From: Stegostoma tigrinum
Taxonomy: Eukaryota
Direction of reading: 5' to 3'
Assembly: GCF_030684315.1 (NCBI RefSeq)
Contig: NC_081387.1
Coordinates: 6,304,497-6,368,496, forward strand
Length of the DNA: 64,000 nt
Positions 38,501 to 49,722 of the stretch are shown here, one piece after another. Made by a program: the position numbers and the translations under genes. How positions within the stretch are numbered: the first letter of the stretch is position 1; each line of letters begins with the position of its first letter. The notes beneath the pieces were generated by a model that had not been told where the DNA came from, ran no database searches, and saw only the letters and a program-made list of their open reading frames with translations.

Positions 38501-41500
38501 TTCACAGACAGTGCAAAAGCGGGTGGGATAGTAAATCATGAGGAGGATCGATTTTAGATTACAGGAGGATACAGTTGGCCTGGTCAATGGGCTGATCAGT
38601 GACAAATGGAATTCAGTCCAGATAAATGTGTTGGACTTGGGAAGGACAAAAAAGGCCAGGGAATACGGGATGAACAGGAGGAGCCTGGTAACCAAGGATT
38701 AGAGAGACCTTGATGTGCCACACACAGGTCCCTTAATGCATCAGGATAGATAAAATGGTTAAGAGGTCACATGGAATATTAGCTTTTATGAGCAAAGGCA
38801 CTGAGTTTAAGAACTGAGAAACGTTTGCTGGATCTAATGTAAAGAGTTGTTTTTTGTTTCATATAATCAGTCACAGGATGAGGGCATCGCTGGCTCAGCC
38901 AGCATTTATTGCCCATTTATAATTGTCCAGCCTTTGTTTGCAGTCACAGAGGAAGGATGGCAGCTTCCCTCTCTAAAGGACATAAGTGAATGGCAGGTTA
39001 GTCCACAGCTCGAGTATTGCGTACCACTCTGGAAGTGACATTACAAGGGGATGTGATTGCACAGGAGAGAGTGCTGGCAAGATTTACCAAAATGTTGTCG
39101 GGTCGAGAGAGTTTTGGTTTTGAAGGGAGATTGGACAGACTAAACTTGCTTGGCTTGGAGCAGAGGAGATTGAGACCGCACATGATGGAGGTGTGTAAAG
39201 TTTTGGGGGGTATCAATCGGGCAAACAGAAAGAAACATTTCATTTTGGAGGGATTAATGACCAACCGTAGATTTAAGGTAAGGGGTGGGGCGTTTCGATG
39301 AGGTGTGAGAATGGATGTTTTCATTTCGAGGGCGGTGGTAATCTGGAACTCAATGCCTGAAATGGCAGACAGAAGCCCTCAGAATATTGAAGAAATATTC
39401 CGATGGGCACTTGTGATGTAAAGCGTACGAGGTCATGGGCCAAGCACTGGAAAATGCAATTAGAATAGGGAGTTGGTTGTTTGTATCAGTGCCAGTCAAA
39501 ATGTGCCAAAGAGCCATTTTCTGTGCCGTAGACCTCTGTATGTTTCCATGGCAACCACAACCCCGAAGAAAATTAAGAAGGTGATGTCGCCAGCCCCAAT
39601 AATTTAATGAAAAGCTGAAATTTCTGGAGCAACTCAGCAGATTTGGCAGAAATTGTGGAGAGAAAGTAGAGTGAACATTTTGGGGTCTGGTGTCCCGTTC
39701 CTCAGAACGGAGTGTAGTGAGGAAAAGGTGGTCTATCTGTGGAAGATGGGGTTGGGGGGGAGCCAGGGTAAAGGAGGAAATGATAGGTGGAAGTGGAGCC
39801 CAGAGTCTGAGAACTGCAGTTGGGCAGAGAAGGAATGGATAATCATGAGCCAGAGAAAAGTGAAAGCTGCTAATGGGGACCATTAGTGGGTGACAATGGG
39901 TTGGCCATGATGAAAGCAGCCCGTGTGATGACAAAGCCTGCTGCTTGGGAGTTGGGGGAAGGACATGGGAAAAGATGTGATGACCCTAAAATTGCCAAAC
40001 ATGACATTGAGTCCTGAAGGCTGCACAGATGCCAAACCAGGACTTTATAATTCAAGCCTTGAATCTGCTGGATCTACGCTGCTCCTCCACTTCACAGTAA
40101 AACACTCTGATCTGAGATTTGATATTTCAGTCTGAATGTAATTATGCAGATGTAGTCTGACCAATGCTCTAAAGCAGAAATATAATTTCCTCACTTTGTA
40201 TTGTAACCCCCTTGAGATAAAGGACGACAGTCTATGAAACTAAATGATTTATTTTGTTTATTAAAAGTGGATTAAACACGAAGGGAGGTGATGGTCTGAT
40301 GGTATTATCACGCAACTATTAATACAGAAGCTGAGCTAATGTTCTGGAAATTTCAGTTCGAATCCCACTGTGGCAGATCATGGAATTTGAAATCAATGAA
40401 AAGGTTTGAATTAAGAATCTCCTGAAGATTATGAAAGTATTGTTGATTGATTTCTCATGTTGATTTCAGATCCCATGAATTCGGTAGTTTCAGCTTAAAC
40501 ATAGGCAAGGAAACTTACTGGTTTCCACGAACCGCCTGCCCTCAGCTGGTGAATCAGCACTCCTCCATGTCGAACAATATTTGGAGGATGCACTGAGGGT
40601 GGCCAGGATGCAGAATTTACCCTGGGTGGGCTATTTCAATGTCCACCCTCAAGAGTGGCTCAGCAGTAGCACAACTGATCGGGTCCTCAAGGACATAGAC
40701 TGTTGGACTGCATCTGTAGCAGATGGTGAGGGAACCAACAAGAGAGAAAAACATACTTGACCCCATCCATACCAATCTGTCTGCCGTCCATGACAGTGTT
40801 GGGAAGAGTGACCACTGCATAGTCCACCTTCACTTTGAGGATATCCTCAGGCATGTTGTGTGGCACTATTACTGAGCCAAGTGGTACAGACTTTGCACAG
40901 ATCTAGCAACTCAACTCTGAGCATCCATGAGGCTCTGTGGGCCATCAGCAACAGCAGTGTTCTACTCCAGCACAATCTGCAACCTCATGGCCCAGCATAT
41001 CCCTTACTTAAGCATTACCATCAAGCCAGTGGCTCAACTGTGGTTCAATGGAGAGTGCAGAAGGGATGCCAGGAGCAGCATTAGGCTTCCCTGAAGATGA
41101 GGTGTCAACCTGGTGTAGCTACCAAACAGGACTACAGCTATGACAAACAGCATGAGCAACAAGTGACAGGGCGAAGTGAGCTCACAACAAACAGATCTGC
41201 AGTCCCGCCACATCCAGTTGTAACTGGTGGCGGACAATTAAACAGCTCACTTGAGGAGTGGCTTCCACACCTATCCCCATCCTCAATGAGGGAAGAGACC
41301 CGCACATCAGTGCAAAAGATAAAGCTGAAGGATTCGCAGCAATCTTCAGCCATAAGTGCATAGTGGATGATCCATCTCGGTCTCCTCCAGTGGTCCCCCG
41401 CATCACAGATGCCAGTCTTTAGCCAACTCAATTCCTCCACATGAGGTTAAGAAACAGTTGAAGACATTGGATACAACAAAGGCTCTGAGCCCTGGCAACA

Positions 41501-44085
41501 TTCCAGCAATGGCACTGAAGCCTTATTCCTTAACCATACCCTTCCAGTACAGTTACGACTTTGATGTCTAGTGGGACAGTGTGGAAAATTGCCCAGGTAC
41601 GTTATGGAGAAAAAAAAGTAGGAAAAATCCAACCTGGCCAATTACCACCCGAACAGTCAACTCTCGATCATCAGTAAAGTGATGGAAGGTGTCATGAAGA
41701 GTGCTATCCAGCAGCACTTGCTCAGCAATAACCTGCTCAGTATTGACTAGTTTGGGTTCCATGAGGGCCACTCAGCTCCTGACCTCACTACAGCCTTCGT
41801 TCAAACAGTGACAAAAGAGCTCAACTCCAGAGGTAAGGTGATAGCGACAGCCCTTGACAGCGATTCTGCATTTGACTGAGTGTGCATCAAGGAGGCCAGG
41901 CAAAACTGGAATCAATGGGCACAGAGGACAAACTCTCCCCTGGATAGAGTTATACATGGCACATAGTACAGTGTTGTTCTTGCTGGAGGTCAGTCAGCTC
42001 AGCTCCAGGACTTCTCTGCAGGAATTCCTCAGGACATTTTCCCAGGAGCAACCATCTTCAACTACTTCATCATTTAGCTTCCCTCTATCATCTGATCAGG
42101 AGTGGGAAATTTTGCCAATGATTGCAGAGTGTTCAGCTCCACACATGACTTCTCTAAGTTCAAATGCAACAAGATCTGCACAATACCCAGGCTGAGGCTG
42201 ACAAGTAAACTTCGTGCCACACAAATGCCAGGTAGTGTTCATCTCCAATAACAAACCATTTAACCATCGCCCATTGATATTCAATGGTGTTGCCATCACA
42301 GAATCCTCCACTACCAACATCTTTGAGGTTACCTTTGACCAGAAACCCAAACACATAAACACCACGGCTACAAGACCAATTCAAATGCGAGGAATACAGC
42401 AGTCAGTAACTCATTTCCTGACTCCCCAAAGCCCATCCACCATCGACAAGGTACAGGCCAGGAATGTAACAAATATTCCCATTTGCCATGATGGGTGCAG
42501 CTCCAATAACAAGAAGCTTTTCAACATCCAGGACAAAGTGGCCAGCCTGATTGGCACTGTATTCACAAGCATCCACTCCCTCCACCACTGACGCTCAGTA
42601 GCAGAAGTGTGTACTGTCTACAAGTAATTCAAAGATTCTTAGCGAGCACCTTCCAAGATCTTACATCTAGAAGGACAAGGGCAGCAGATATGTGGAAACA
42701 GACGCACCTCCAAGCTCCCTGCCAAACCACTTCCCATCCGGACTTAGAAATATTTCATTGATCGTCCACTGTCATTGGGTCAAAATCCTGGGATTTCCTC
42801 TCCAATGACATTGTGGGTCCACCCAGAGAGTGTGGACTGCAGTGGTTTATGAAGGCAGCTTACCACCAACTTCTCAAGGGCATCTAGTGCCGGGAAATAA
42901 GATACTAGCATGCCAGCAATACAAATGAATTTAAAAACTTCATGATAATCATGGCGTTATAAAATTCACTACATTTAACCTCTCCTAATCTCTCAAAGAC
43001 AGGAAAATGTTCCAACTTGTTTTTCTCAGGTTTAACAGGAATGATCTCACATTTCCCCACATTGGATAAAAACATAATGGTTGGAATTCGCTCATTTCAT
43101 CTGTCAATGTCCTTTCATTCTTCCTCCTAACTAATGTCATCGGAAAACATGGATATAAACCCACAGACCGGACAACTCAGTATTTACACTCCCGTTAATG
43201 GGATCTTTAGTGACTTCACTGGAGAGTGAAATTGACTGAAGGTCAACACAAAATTTTAACCAATTGCATCATTTCCCAGTGGGTGGGGTCAGTTAATATT
43301 GTTCCCATGAATACAGAACTGGGAACAGAAAAGTTTCTGATGTTTTTCCAATGTGTTTCAGAAACCACAGGAAACAGAGGGGAACGCATCCATCTTGGAA
43401 TGATACTTGGAATCCTTATTGCTGCAGTGTTCGGGATAATCGCAATGATCATTTGGATAAGGGCATGGAAAGGTAAGGATCATTGAGGAAGGGATGTGGA
43501 ACTGCATGGAGAGAGTGTGTAGGGAATCTCCAGCACTGGGAGGGAGGAGTGAGAGAATATCAGACTGATATTAACAAATTAACTTGTGCTCTCACTCTGA
43601 GAATTGATTATTCTAATGGACGTTTATTTTGTTTCTGCACGTGCATCAAGTGTGACAAATACACCAGTTTGCAGGAAGCAACTAAGGGGACAGAGTGTTG
43701 GGGAGTGGTGGATAAGGGATTGGGGAAAGCTGTCGAGTTACATTGTCCAGGTGTGATTCAGGGTGACACTTGTCTCCTCACTCTGTAGTCTCTCACCCCC
43801 CAGTTCTCTTATGCCCCCTCTTCCTCATCTTCATACCCCCAGGCCCACTCCCTCCAATCATCAACTGCTCAAATCCCTTATATCCCAATTCCTCTTTTCA
43901 GTTCTGCGCCCCTGTTCCCTCCCCCTTCTTCCCTCTGCGCTGTGCTGGTTAGCTGTTGCCAAGGGTGATTGAACCCGGATCTGGTAATTGATAGAGAATA
44001 TCTCACACTGTCACATTTGATATTTAATTTCTCATGCTATGTTTCTCCATCAGCTTCTGATGTCTCTGTTCCAGCTCATTCATGA
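29453..44085 (+). CDS. Gene A: nonclassical MHC class I heavy chain (shark; possibly UEA/UCA-like). join(29453..29504,32778..33038,35989..36264,36382..36660,43362..43472,44054..44085), ~336 aa
   Basis: Six exons with GT-AG borders and all introns phase 1. The spliced CDS of 1011 nt is open. Domain order is leader-alpha1-alpha2-alpha3(Ig C1)-TM-tail. The lineage name is inference. Confidence 0.9.
29529..29562. repeat. (CT)n microsatellite in gene A intron 1
   Basis: ttctctctccctctctctctctctctctgtctct. Confidence 0.85.
30460..30750 (-). mobile_element. CR1 LINE 3' end fragment
   Basis: Begins gaatcatagaatc (reverse-complement tail), followed by the RT C-terminal region. Confidence 0.7.
30750..32420 (-). 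mobile_element. Old LINE (CR1/L2 superfamily) RT region
   Basis: AKAMGPDNIPAKLLKTCAPE, GVQQG and MGMFADHC in minus-strand ORF fragments. Confidence 0.85.
32778..33038 (+). CDS. Gene A alpha1 exon (261 nt)
   Basis: ttagcag|GSDSLTVIYSAVYGIKDFPEV...IPRQQFM...KYWE...NQTSG|gtaag, with the conserved N86 glycosylation sequon NQT. Confidence 0.95.
33622..33820. mobile_element. Fold-back Penelope-derived mini-element with ~14-bp TSD
   Basis: Inverted arms (gctggatgaacacagcaggccaagca...gcaggaaagctgac / gtcagctttcctgc...tgcttggcctgctgtgttcatccagc). TSD aggaaatttacttt / acgaaagttacttt. Confidence 0.82.
34147..34316. mobile_element. Fold-back Penelope-derived mini-element
   Basis: ttaacatttcaggtccggtgacccttcctcagaac is followed by its inverted copy gttctgacaagggtcactggaccc. 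Flanks are ctccacttttttaa and ctccatttttaa. Confidence 0.7.
34390..34705 (+). mobile_element. HE1-like V-SINE (elasmobranch tRNA-derived SINE)
   Basis: A box tggctcagtagttag, B box ggtttgattcc, V-domain gtgtggagtttgtatgttctcccc...ggtttcctcccacagtccaaa, and a CR1-like tail. Confidence 0.85.
34995..35222 (-). mobile_element. tRNA-derived SINE
   Basis: Reverse-complement head ggggatcagatagctcagttggc ... ggtccaattccc (A and B box-like). Confidence 0.6.
35430..35870 (+). repeat. 39-bp minisatellite (~11 copies) in gene A intron 2
   Basis: Unit cagtccattcccaagcaccaactcctgcatcactccaca; it produces the 13-aa periodicity in spurious ORF 35364-35888. Confidence 0.92.
35989..36264 (+). CDS. Gene A alpha2 exon (276 nt)
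   Basis: ggcag|GIHTFQWIATVE...FGFDGKDFLSL...WIA...AVKTKEKWN...HLKQGFVQDLKRTLQAGKQYFERK-G|gtatat. Confidence 0.96.
36382..36660 (+). CDS. Gene A alpha3 (Ig C1) exon (279 nt)
   Basis: cacag|AQPEV...LSCRVTGFYPVDIEVTWLRNG...PNHDGTHQ...YSCQIEHSS...W-G|gtaag. Confidence 0.97.
36750..38125 (-). mobile_element. Old LINE (CR1/L2 superfamily), same family as 30750-32420
   Basis: WKFSRVCPVHEKQEKSNLANYCSIGLLS, ALDTKAVFH and MFANDYT in minus-strand fragments. Confidence 0.85.
38480..39545 (+). mobile_element. Degenerate CR1 RT C-terminal part and 3'UTR
   Basis: SPQLEYCV, RFTKMLSG, LEQRRLR and RFKVRG motifs. Confidence 0.8.
39612..40022 (-). mobile_element. PLE 3' region fragment with a degenerate hammerhead core
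   Basis: Reverse complement gttctgaggaacgggacaccagaccccaaaatgttcac, followed by the pLTR tail seen in the other PLE copies. Confidence 0.6.
40283..40455 (+). mobile_element. tRNA-derived SINE fragment (related copy at ~38130-38400)
   Basis: gggaggtgatggtctgatggtattatc...gttcgaatcccactgtggcaga...gaatttgaaatcaat. Confidence 0.6.
40530..42920 (+). mobile_element. Old LINE (CR1/L2 superfamily), endonuclease through 3'UTR
   Basis: Endonuclease remnants (..GYFNVH.., ILD, SDHC) and RT remnants (KSNLANY, GHSAPDL). Homologous to the minus-strand copies at 30.7 and 36.7 kb. Confidence 0.85.
43362..43472 (+). CDS. Gene A connecting peptide / transmembrane exon (111 nt)
   Basis: tttcag|ETTGNRGERIHLGMILGILIAAVFGIIAMIIWIRAWK-G|gtaag. 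Confidence 0.92.
43641..43673 (+). pseudogene. Dead 33-nt cytoplasmic exon of gene A (both splice sites mutated)
   Basis: tttctgcaC|...tttgca|gGaagc versus the intact paralog exon tttctgcaG|...ctcgca|gtaagt in copy C. The downstream intron sequence is also homologous. Confidence 0.75.
44054..44085 (+). CDS. Gene A last coding exon
   Basis: catcag|(A)SDVSVPAHS*; the same 32-nt exon is present in B (52566-52597) and C (61981-62012). Confidence 0.85.
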
Positions 44086-44143
44086 TTCAGTAAGTGATGT
44101 TTTATTCTCCCTCCATTGATGTACTTGTAACCAAACTACTCTG

Positions 44144-44213
44144 TCCTGGACCCTGTCTCACTCTCCCAGACACGGTTAAAACCTTTCGGACTAATTTCAC
44201 TCCAATCCTGACC
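44144..44213 (+). repeat. Solitary 61-bp satellite monomer just after the gene A stop codon
   Basis: tcctggaccctgtctcactctcccagacacggttaaaacctttcggactaatttcactccaatcctgacc. Confidence 0.88.
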
Positions 44214-44289
44214 GTGAAGAGACTAATTATCTTACCTCATGGGTACCTTGGGCTCTGCTACAGAATATTCCTTCCCAAATAGGAGGTGG

Positions 44290-44566
44290 TCCACTGGCTC
44301 AGTGGTTAGCACTGCTGCCTCACAGAGCCAGTTCAATTCCACACTTGGGCGACTGCAGTTTGCATCTCCTTCCTTTGGGTTTCCTCTGGGTGCTCCAGTT
44401 TCCTCTGACAGTTTACAGATGGGCAGGTTAGGTAGATTGGCTGTGGGAAACGTAGACTTACAGGGATTATGTAGGCCGGTGCTCAAGGTGTGATGCTCTT
44501 CAGGTGGCCAGTGAGGACTCAGTGGACCAAATAGCCTGCTTCCATGCTGTAGGAATGTTATGATTC
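44290..44566 (+). mobile_element. Degenerate HE1-like V-SINE
   Basis: tggctcagtggttagcactgctgcctcacag ... gggtttcctctgggtgctccagtttcctc. Confidence 0.8.
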
Positions 44567-45115
44567 CCAAAGTCTCTTTGAGAAATGAATGGATTCCCTG
44601 TTCTGGCGTGAACATGGACATCATTGTTGATCCTGCCATATCATGGCTCACACGGAATTGCAGTTTATTGTTTGCACACAGTTCTTTCAGGAATGCAATT
44701 AAATGTTCCTGGGAATATGTTTCCACAGATTGAACAGCGTATCCCAGATCTGCATGTTGTGATCCTCAGTCACCAAGTCAGGCCTTCTGAAGTTATGTTT
44801 TCATCCTGCCTCGGAATGTGAGCAGTGTTTCCATCAGAGGGATCTTCATGGACAGTTTCTCCCTCACACTTTCTCATTTTCAATGTCTTCACCCTTTCAC
44901 AATTTGCCTGAAATGAAACAATGTCCAAAGGCAACTTCTAAGCACTTTTTATATTGCAGGGTATGTTTGCTTTTGTACTTTAATTCACCAAATGTGACCT
45001 CTTACGTAACATACTGTTGTAAATTGAATACTTACAGTCTACTTATTGAGAAAGCATCTTTATCTATGTACTATCAATGTTTACCTACAAATGCTGATAA
45101 TTGTGGTTTGTAATC

Positions 45116-45121
45116 AATAAA
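45116..45121 (+). terminator. Candidate polyadenylation signal of gene A
   Basis: AATAAA followed by T/GT-rich sequence, inside the 3' region homologous to copy C (AACAAA at the same position in C). Confidence 0.5.
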
Positions 45122-45899
45122 CAATTTTTTGTGGTTGAACGTTATCGAAATTCCTCATTCATAATTGCACCAGAAGGGTTCAACTCATTTATTCTGCAGC
45201 TTGAGAGTGTCGGAATCAGTAGTCATTGAGCTTCAATTTAGTGTGAACTGGTAGAATTAATGTCAAACATCTTTCCCCCTTTCCATCAGCATTTATTCAC
45301 TTCTTTACACAATAAAGAATACCAGCAGCTGTGAGGAACCAGTTTCATACTGTTGGTCAATCACACTTCGATCCATTTCCCAATGAACTGGAAGTGATGT
45401 GTCACCAGTTTCTCGGTGTAAGGCACCTTTTAATGTCAGTGTTTGGGAGTGGAAACAACTCAGAGATTGTGACTGCTAACAGCACTGACCCATGGAAACA
45501 GAACATTATGGAAAGAAAATGAACAATTGAACAAAATCAACAGGCTTTGTAGCATTCTGAGAATCCTTTCCATATAAGTTATGTAAAGATCCTTTCCTGG
45601 GTTATTGATGTTAAGAAAAGATATTGCACACCTCCAGAGTAGGCAGGACTTGAAGCCAAGTCTCTTGGCTCAGAGGGAGGGACACTCCTACTGTACCACA
45701 TGAGACTCCTCTTATTTGGTGATGAAATGACCATCTCGCTGATTCCCTGATTAGATGAGATGAAGCCAAGTAGTTGCAGAATCCATTTGAAATTGTAGTC
45801 AGGACTCATCAGTCTTTCAAAAACCTTCCTCAAAGAAACCAAGAAGCACAATGTGATGTTTATTTAATGTGTTGTTTGAGCCATTGCTGGTATTTCATT

Positions 45900-47935
45900 G
45901 TTTTTGTTTTATTCTTTAATGAAGTTTGGTTTGGAAGGTGAGTGGGATTGTCAGCTAAAGATCACTTTTGGACTGTACACCAGAAAATAAAAGGAGGTGA
46001 TAGAATGTGTCAATGTCATGTTGTACCAAGGAGCCATAAAAGTATCAGGAAATTGAATAATAGAGAAAACTTCAAGGCTTTGAATTCTTCAGAAGACATG
46101 GGAAGGGGTAGTGTACAGGCCCCCAAACAGTAGCTACTCTGTTCGAAAGGCCAGAAATCAATAAATGATAAGACCATGTAAAAGGAACAGAGCAATAATT
46201 ATGAATGACTTAATTTTCATGTTGATTGGATGAATCAAATCAGAAAGAGTCTCTGTGTCAACAAATTTATAAAATACATTAGGGATAGTTTCCTAGAGCA
46301 ATACATCATAGAGACAATCAGAGCACATGTATAGGAGCTGGTGATGGGTATTGAGGTAGGCTTATGGAATGATCTCCAAGTAAAATCCTCTTGGAAGTAG
46401 CAATCATCGCATGACAGAGTTTAATATTCATTTTGGAGGTGAGAAACTTGTATCGGAAACAGCCGTGTTTCACTTAAATTAGTGGAATTACAACAAAAAT
46501 GACAATAGACTTAGCTAAAGTGAACTTAGTGGATAGATTAACAGGAATACAGTAATCAAGGAGGTAGTTCATGACCCTCAGCAAAAATACATTCCAGTAA
46601 GGAGGAAAAATTCTACGAGCAATATAAAAAACCACATCTAAACAAGGAAGTTGAAGAGAGTATTGAGTTGAAAGGAAAAACACAGAAGGAGGTCAAAGTC
46701 AGTGACAGAACTGAAGTTTGGATAAATTCAGAATCCAGCAAAGGAAGACTAAAAATATAATAAATGCAGTGAAAATAAGCTATGAGAGCAAACTAGTGAC
46801 AAATTTAAAACTGACAATTAGAACTTCTTTAAATATCCAGGAAGGAAGAGAGACATCAAAGTGAATGTGAGTTCCTTAGAAACTAAATATTGGGAGATGA
46901 TTTTGGGGAATAAAGAAATGGCAGGTGACTTAAAAAGATATTTCGCTTCAACCTGAAAAAGAACCCCTTATCCTCACTTGCCGTTTCCTGCCCATGAGCC
47001 AATATTTTGTCCATGCAAGCTACCACCAATGTTGTGGACTCTTTTGACTCAACCTTTTGTGGGGAACCTTGTCGAAAGCACCAAATGCAACATGCCCACT
47101 TGTTCCCACTAACGTTGAAACTTCTTTGAAAAACTCTAACCAATTTGTCAAACTTGATTTTTGTTTCAAGAAGCCACGCTGACTCTGCTGATTAGGTAAT
47201 GATTTTTCCAAATGTTCTGCTACTACTTTGGCAAATGGAGTATAATGCGGGAAAAAGGTAAAGCTGTTCATTTTGGAAGGGAGAACAAGATAACAGAAAT
47301 ATTGAAATGGAGAAAAACTGCAGAAAGCTGCAACACCAAGCAATTTGGGGATATTTGTGCATGAAACATGGAAAGTTAACACAGCTACAGCAGATAATCA
47401 GGAAGGCAAATGGAATGTTGCCCGTTTTTCAAAGGGATTGAAGTAAAAGAGCCACCAAATCTCACTGCAACTGTACAATGTGAGACCACACCTAGGAAAA
47501 CTGTGAGCTGTTTTGGTCCCTATATTCAAGGAAAATGTTATTCCTTTGGAGACAGTTCAGAGAATGTTCACTGGGATGATCACTCATATGGAAACATATT
47601 GGTTTCTTCAGGGGCTCAACAGAGTACATGCTGAGAGGATGCTTCCCCTCAGGGCCAGAGGGCATTGCCTCAGAATAAAAGGGTGGCAATTCAAGGCTGA
47701 GATGAAGAGTAATTTCTCAGATGGTGGGCTTGTTGCCACAGAGCACAGTAGGGACAGAGTTCTTGTGTATATTTAATGCTGAGATGGATAAATTCTTCAT
47801 CAGTAGGGGAGCCAAGAATTACGGGCAACAGCAGTAAAATGGTATGAGACGTATCAAATTAGCCATAATCCTATTGAATGGTGGAGCAGGTACAAGGGGC
47901 CAAACAGCACACAAGTATTTCTTGTGAACTTATGG
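45900..47935 (+). mobile_element. Degenerate CR1 ORF2 with an internally inverted RT segment (~46950-47228)
   Basis: Plus-strand endonuclease remnants, then minus-strand QRGFLKQKSSLTNWLEFF...AFDKVPH, then plus-strand WQMEYN through the 3'UTR. Confidence 0.75.
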
Positions 47936-48269
47936 TGGGTAACACTTGCTGTTCAATGGAATTCAGACCAAACAAGCCTCTTCATCAGGCCAGGCCTCGA
48001 ATTTAATTGCGATTTGGTTCATGATCCAAAGCATTTTGCAGACACTTTGCATTAACAGGATGTTTAATGAGCTAGCAGAAGTTGACTAGTAACAGTCTGT
48101 ACCTGGGATTTAGTTCCAGCAAGTATGGAAGAGATGTTATGCTCATGCAGTTGGTTGATGATGACAGGTAACTGGGACCTCGTCTAAAAATGACATACAT
48201 AGCAGCAGTGTGCACTATCTGTAAGTGGCATTGAAACAATTCGCCTGATTTTTTTTGTGATAGCACTTT

Positions 48270-49722
48270 CCAAATCCATTATTTTCCTCCACTGCCATCA
48301 GCACAAAGCCACTGGCTCCCACAGCTACCTTCGCTACAGCTCATCACACTCCATATCCTGCAAGGCCTCCATCCCATCTGCAGTTCTGAGGGAGGGTCAC
48401 TGGTCCCAAAATGTTAACTCGGATTTTTTTCTTCACAAGTGCTGCCAGACCTACTGAGCTTTTCCAGCAACTTCTGTTTTTGTTGTTCTTGGAGGAACAG
48501 CGCCTCATCTTCAGATCAGGCACTTTACAGCCTCCTGGACTTAATATTAAGTTCAACACCTTTAAATGGTGAATCATTTCTTCCCTTGCTTTTAGCTGGT
48601 TATAATGTCCTCCCCTCCCCCAATCCCAGTTAATGTCTTTTCAAATCTGGCAGGAGACTCACCATTGTTCTGCCACTCTCATATTATGATCGTTTAATCT
48701 GAACTATCAACACATTTTAACCACAAGCACCCTTCACCTGCTCACCCCAAGCACTCCCAAACTATAAACATAAATGCTGTCACACTCCAACTCTGAGGAA
48801 GAGTCACCAATTCTCGGAACATGAGCTTGCTCTCTCTCCCTGGCTACTGTCTGACCTGCTGTGGTCTCCAGCGTTTGGTGTTTTCAAAAGAGATTCCAGC
48901 ATCTGCAGTCATTTGCTGCTAAGGGGCCTGGGATGGGGGTGAGAGGGGAGTTGTAGGGGCAGGTGTAGCACATCCTGTGGTTACAGGGGAAAATGCCAAG
49001 TGTGGCTGGGCTGGAGGGGAGTGTGGAGTGGACAAGGGAGTCCCAGAGACAGTGTTTGCTCTGGAAAGCAGATAAGGGTCGGGAGGGAAAAAATCTCTTT
49101 GGTGGTGGGGTTGGATTGCAGATGGCGGAAGTGTCAGAGGATGCTGCGTTGGATCCAGAAGTTGGTAGGGTGGTACATGAGGATGGGTGGGGGCGGAATC
49201 TGTTTTGGTTGTTACTGTGGGGCCGGGGTGTTAGGAATGAATTGCAGGAAATGCAGGAGATACGGTCAAGGGCATTCTTGACCCCAGATGGGGGAAGTTG
49301 CGGTCTTTGAAAAACGAGTAAATCTGAGATGTTTGGGAGTGGAATCCTTCATCCTGGGAGCAGATGCAGTGGAGGCAAAGGAATTGGGAATAGGGATGGC
49401 ATTTTTGTGGGAAGGTGTGTGCATTCTAGGTAGTTGTGGGAGTCAGTGGGCTTGAAATAGACATCAGTTTCCAGGAGGTTACCAGAGATGGAGACAGAGA
49501 GGTTCAGGAAGGAGAGACGTATCAGAGATAGACCAGGTGAACTTGAGGTTGGGGTGGAAGGTGTTGGTGAAGCGGATGAACTGTTCAAGCTTGTCATGGG
49601 AGCACGAGGTGGTGACGATACAGTCATCAATGTAACGGAGGAAGAGGTGAGGTTTAGGGCCAGTGTAGGTACGGAAGAGGGATTCTTCCATGTAACCTAC
49701 AAAGAGACAGACATGTTTCTTG
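48270..49722. mobile_element. Cluster of Neptune-type PLE fragments (+ ~48270-48920; - ~48920-49722)
   Basis: Minus strand CLFVGYMEESLFRTYTGPKPHLFLRYIDDCI and YFKPTDSHNYL; plus-strand pLTR pieces with hammerhead-like cores at ~48385 and ~48793. Confidence 0.85.

Noticed and set aside
29453-44085. Classical class I (UAA), class II or CD1 assignment
   Set aside because: The three-domain class I exon structure excludes class II. Loss of Y7, Y159, Y171, R84 and the alpha2 disulfide excludes classical class I. No lineage symbol is given without a phylogeny.
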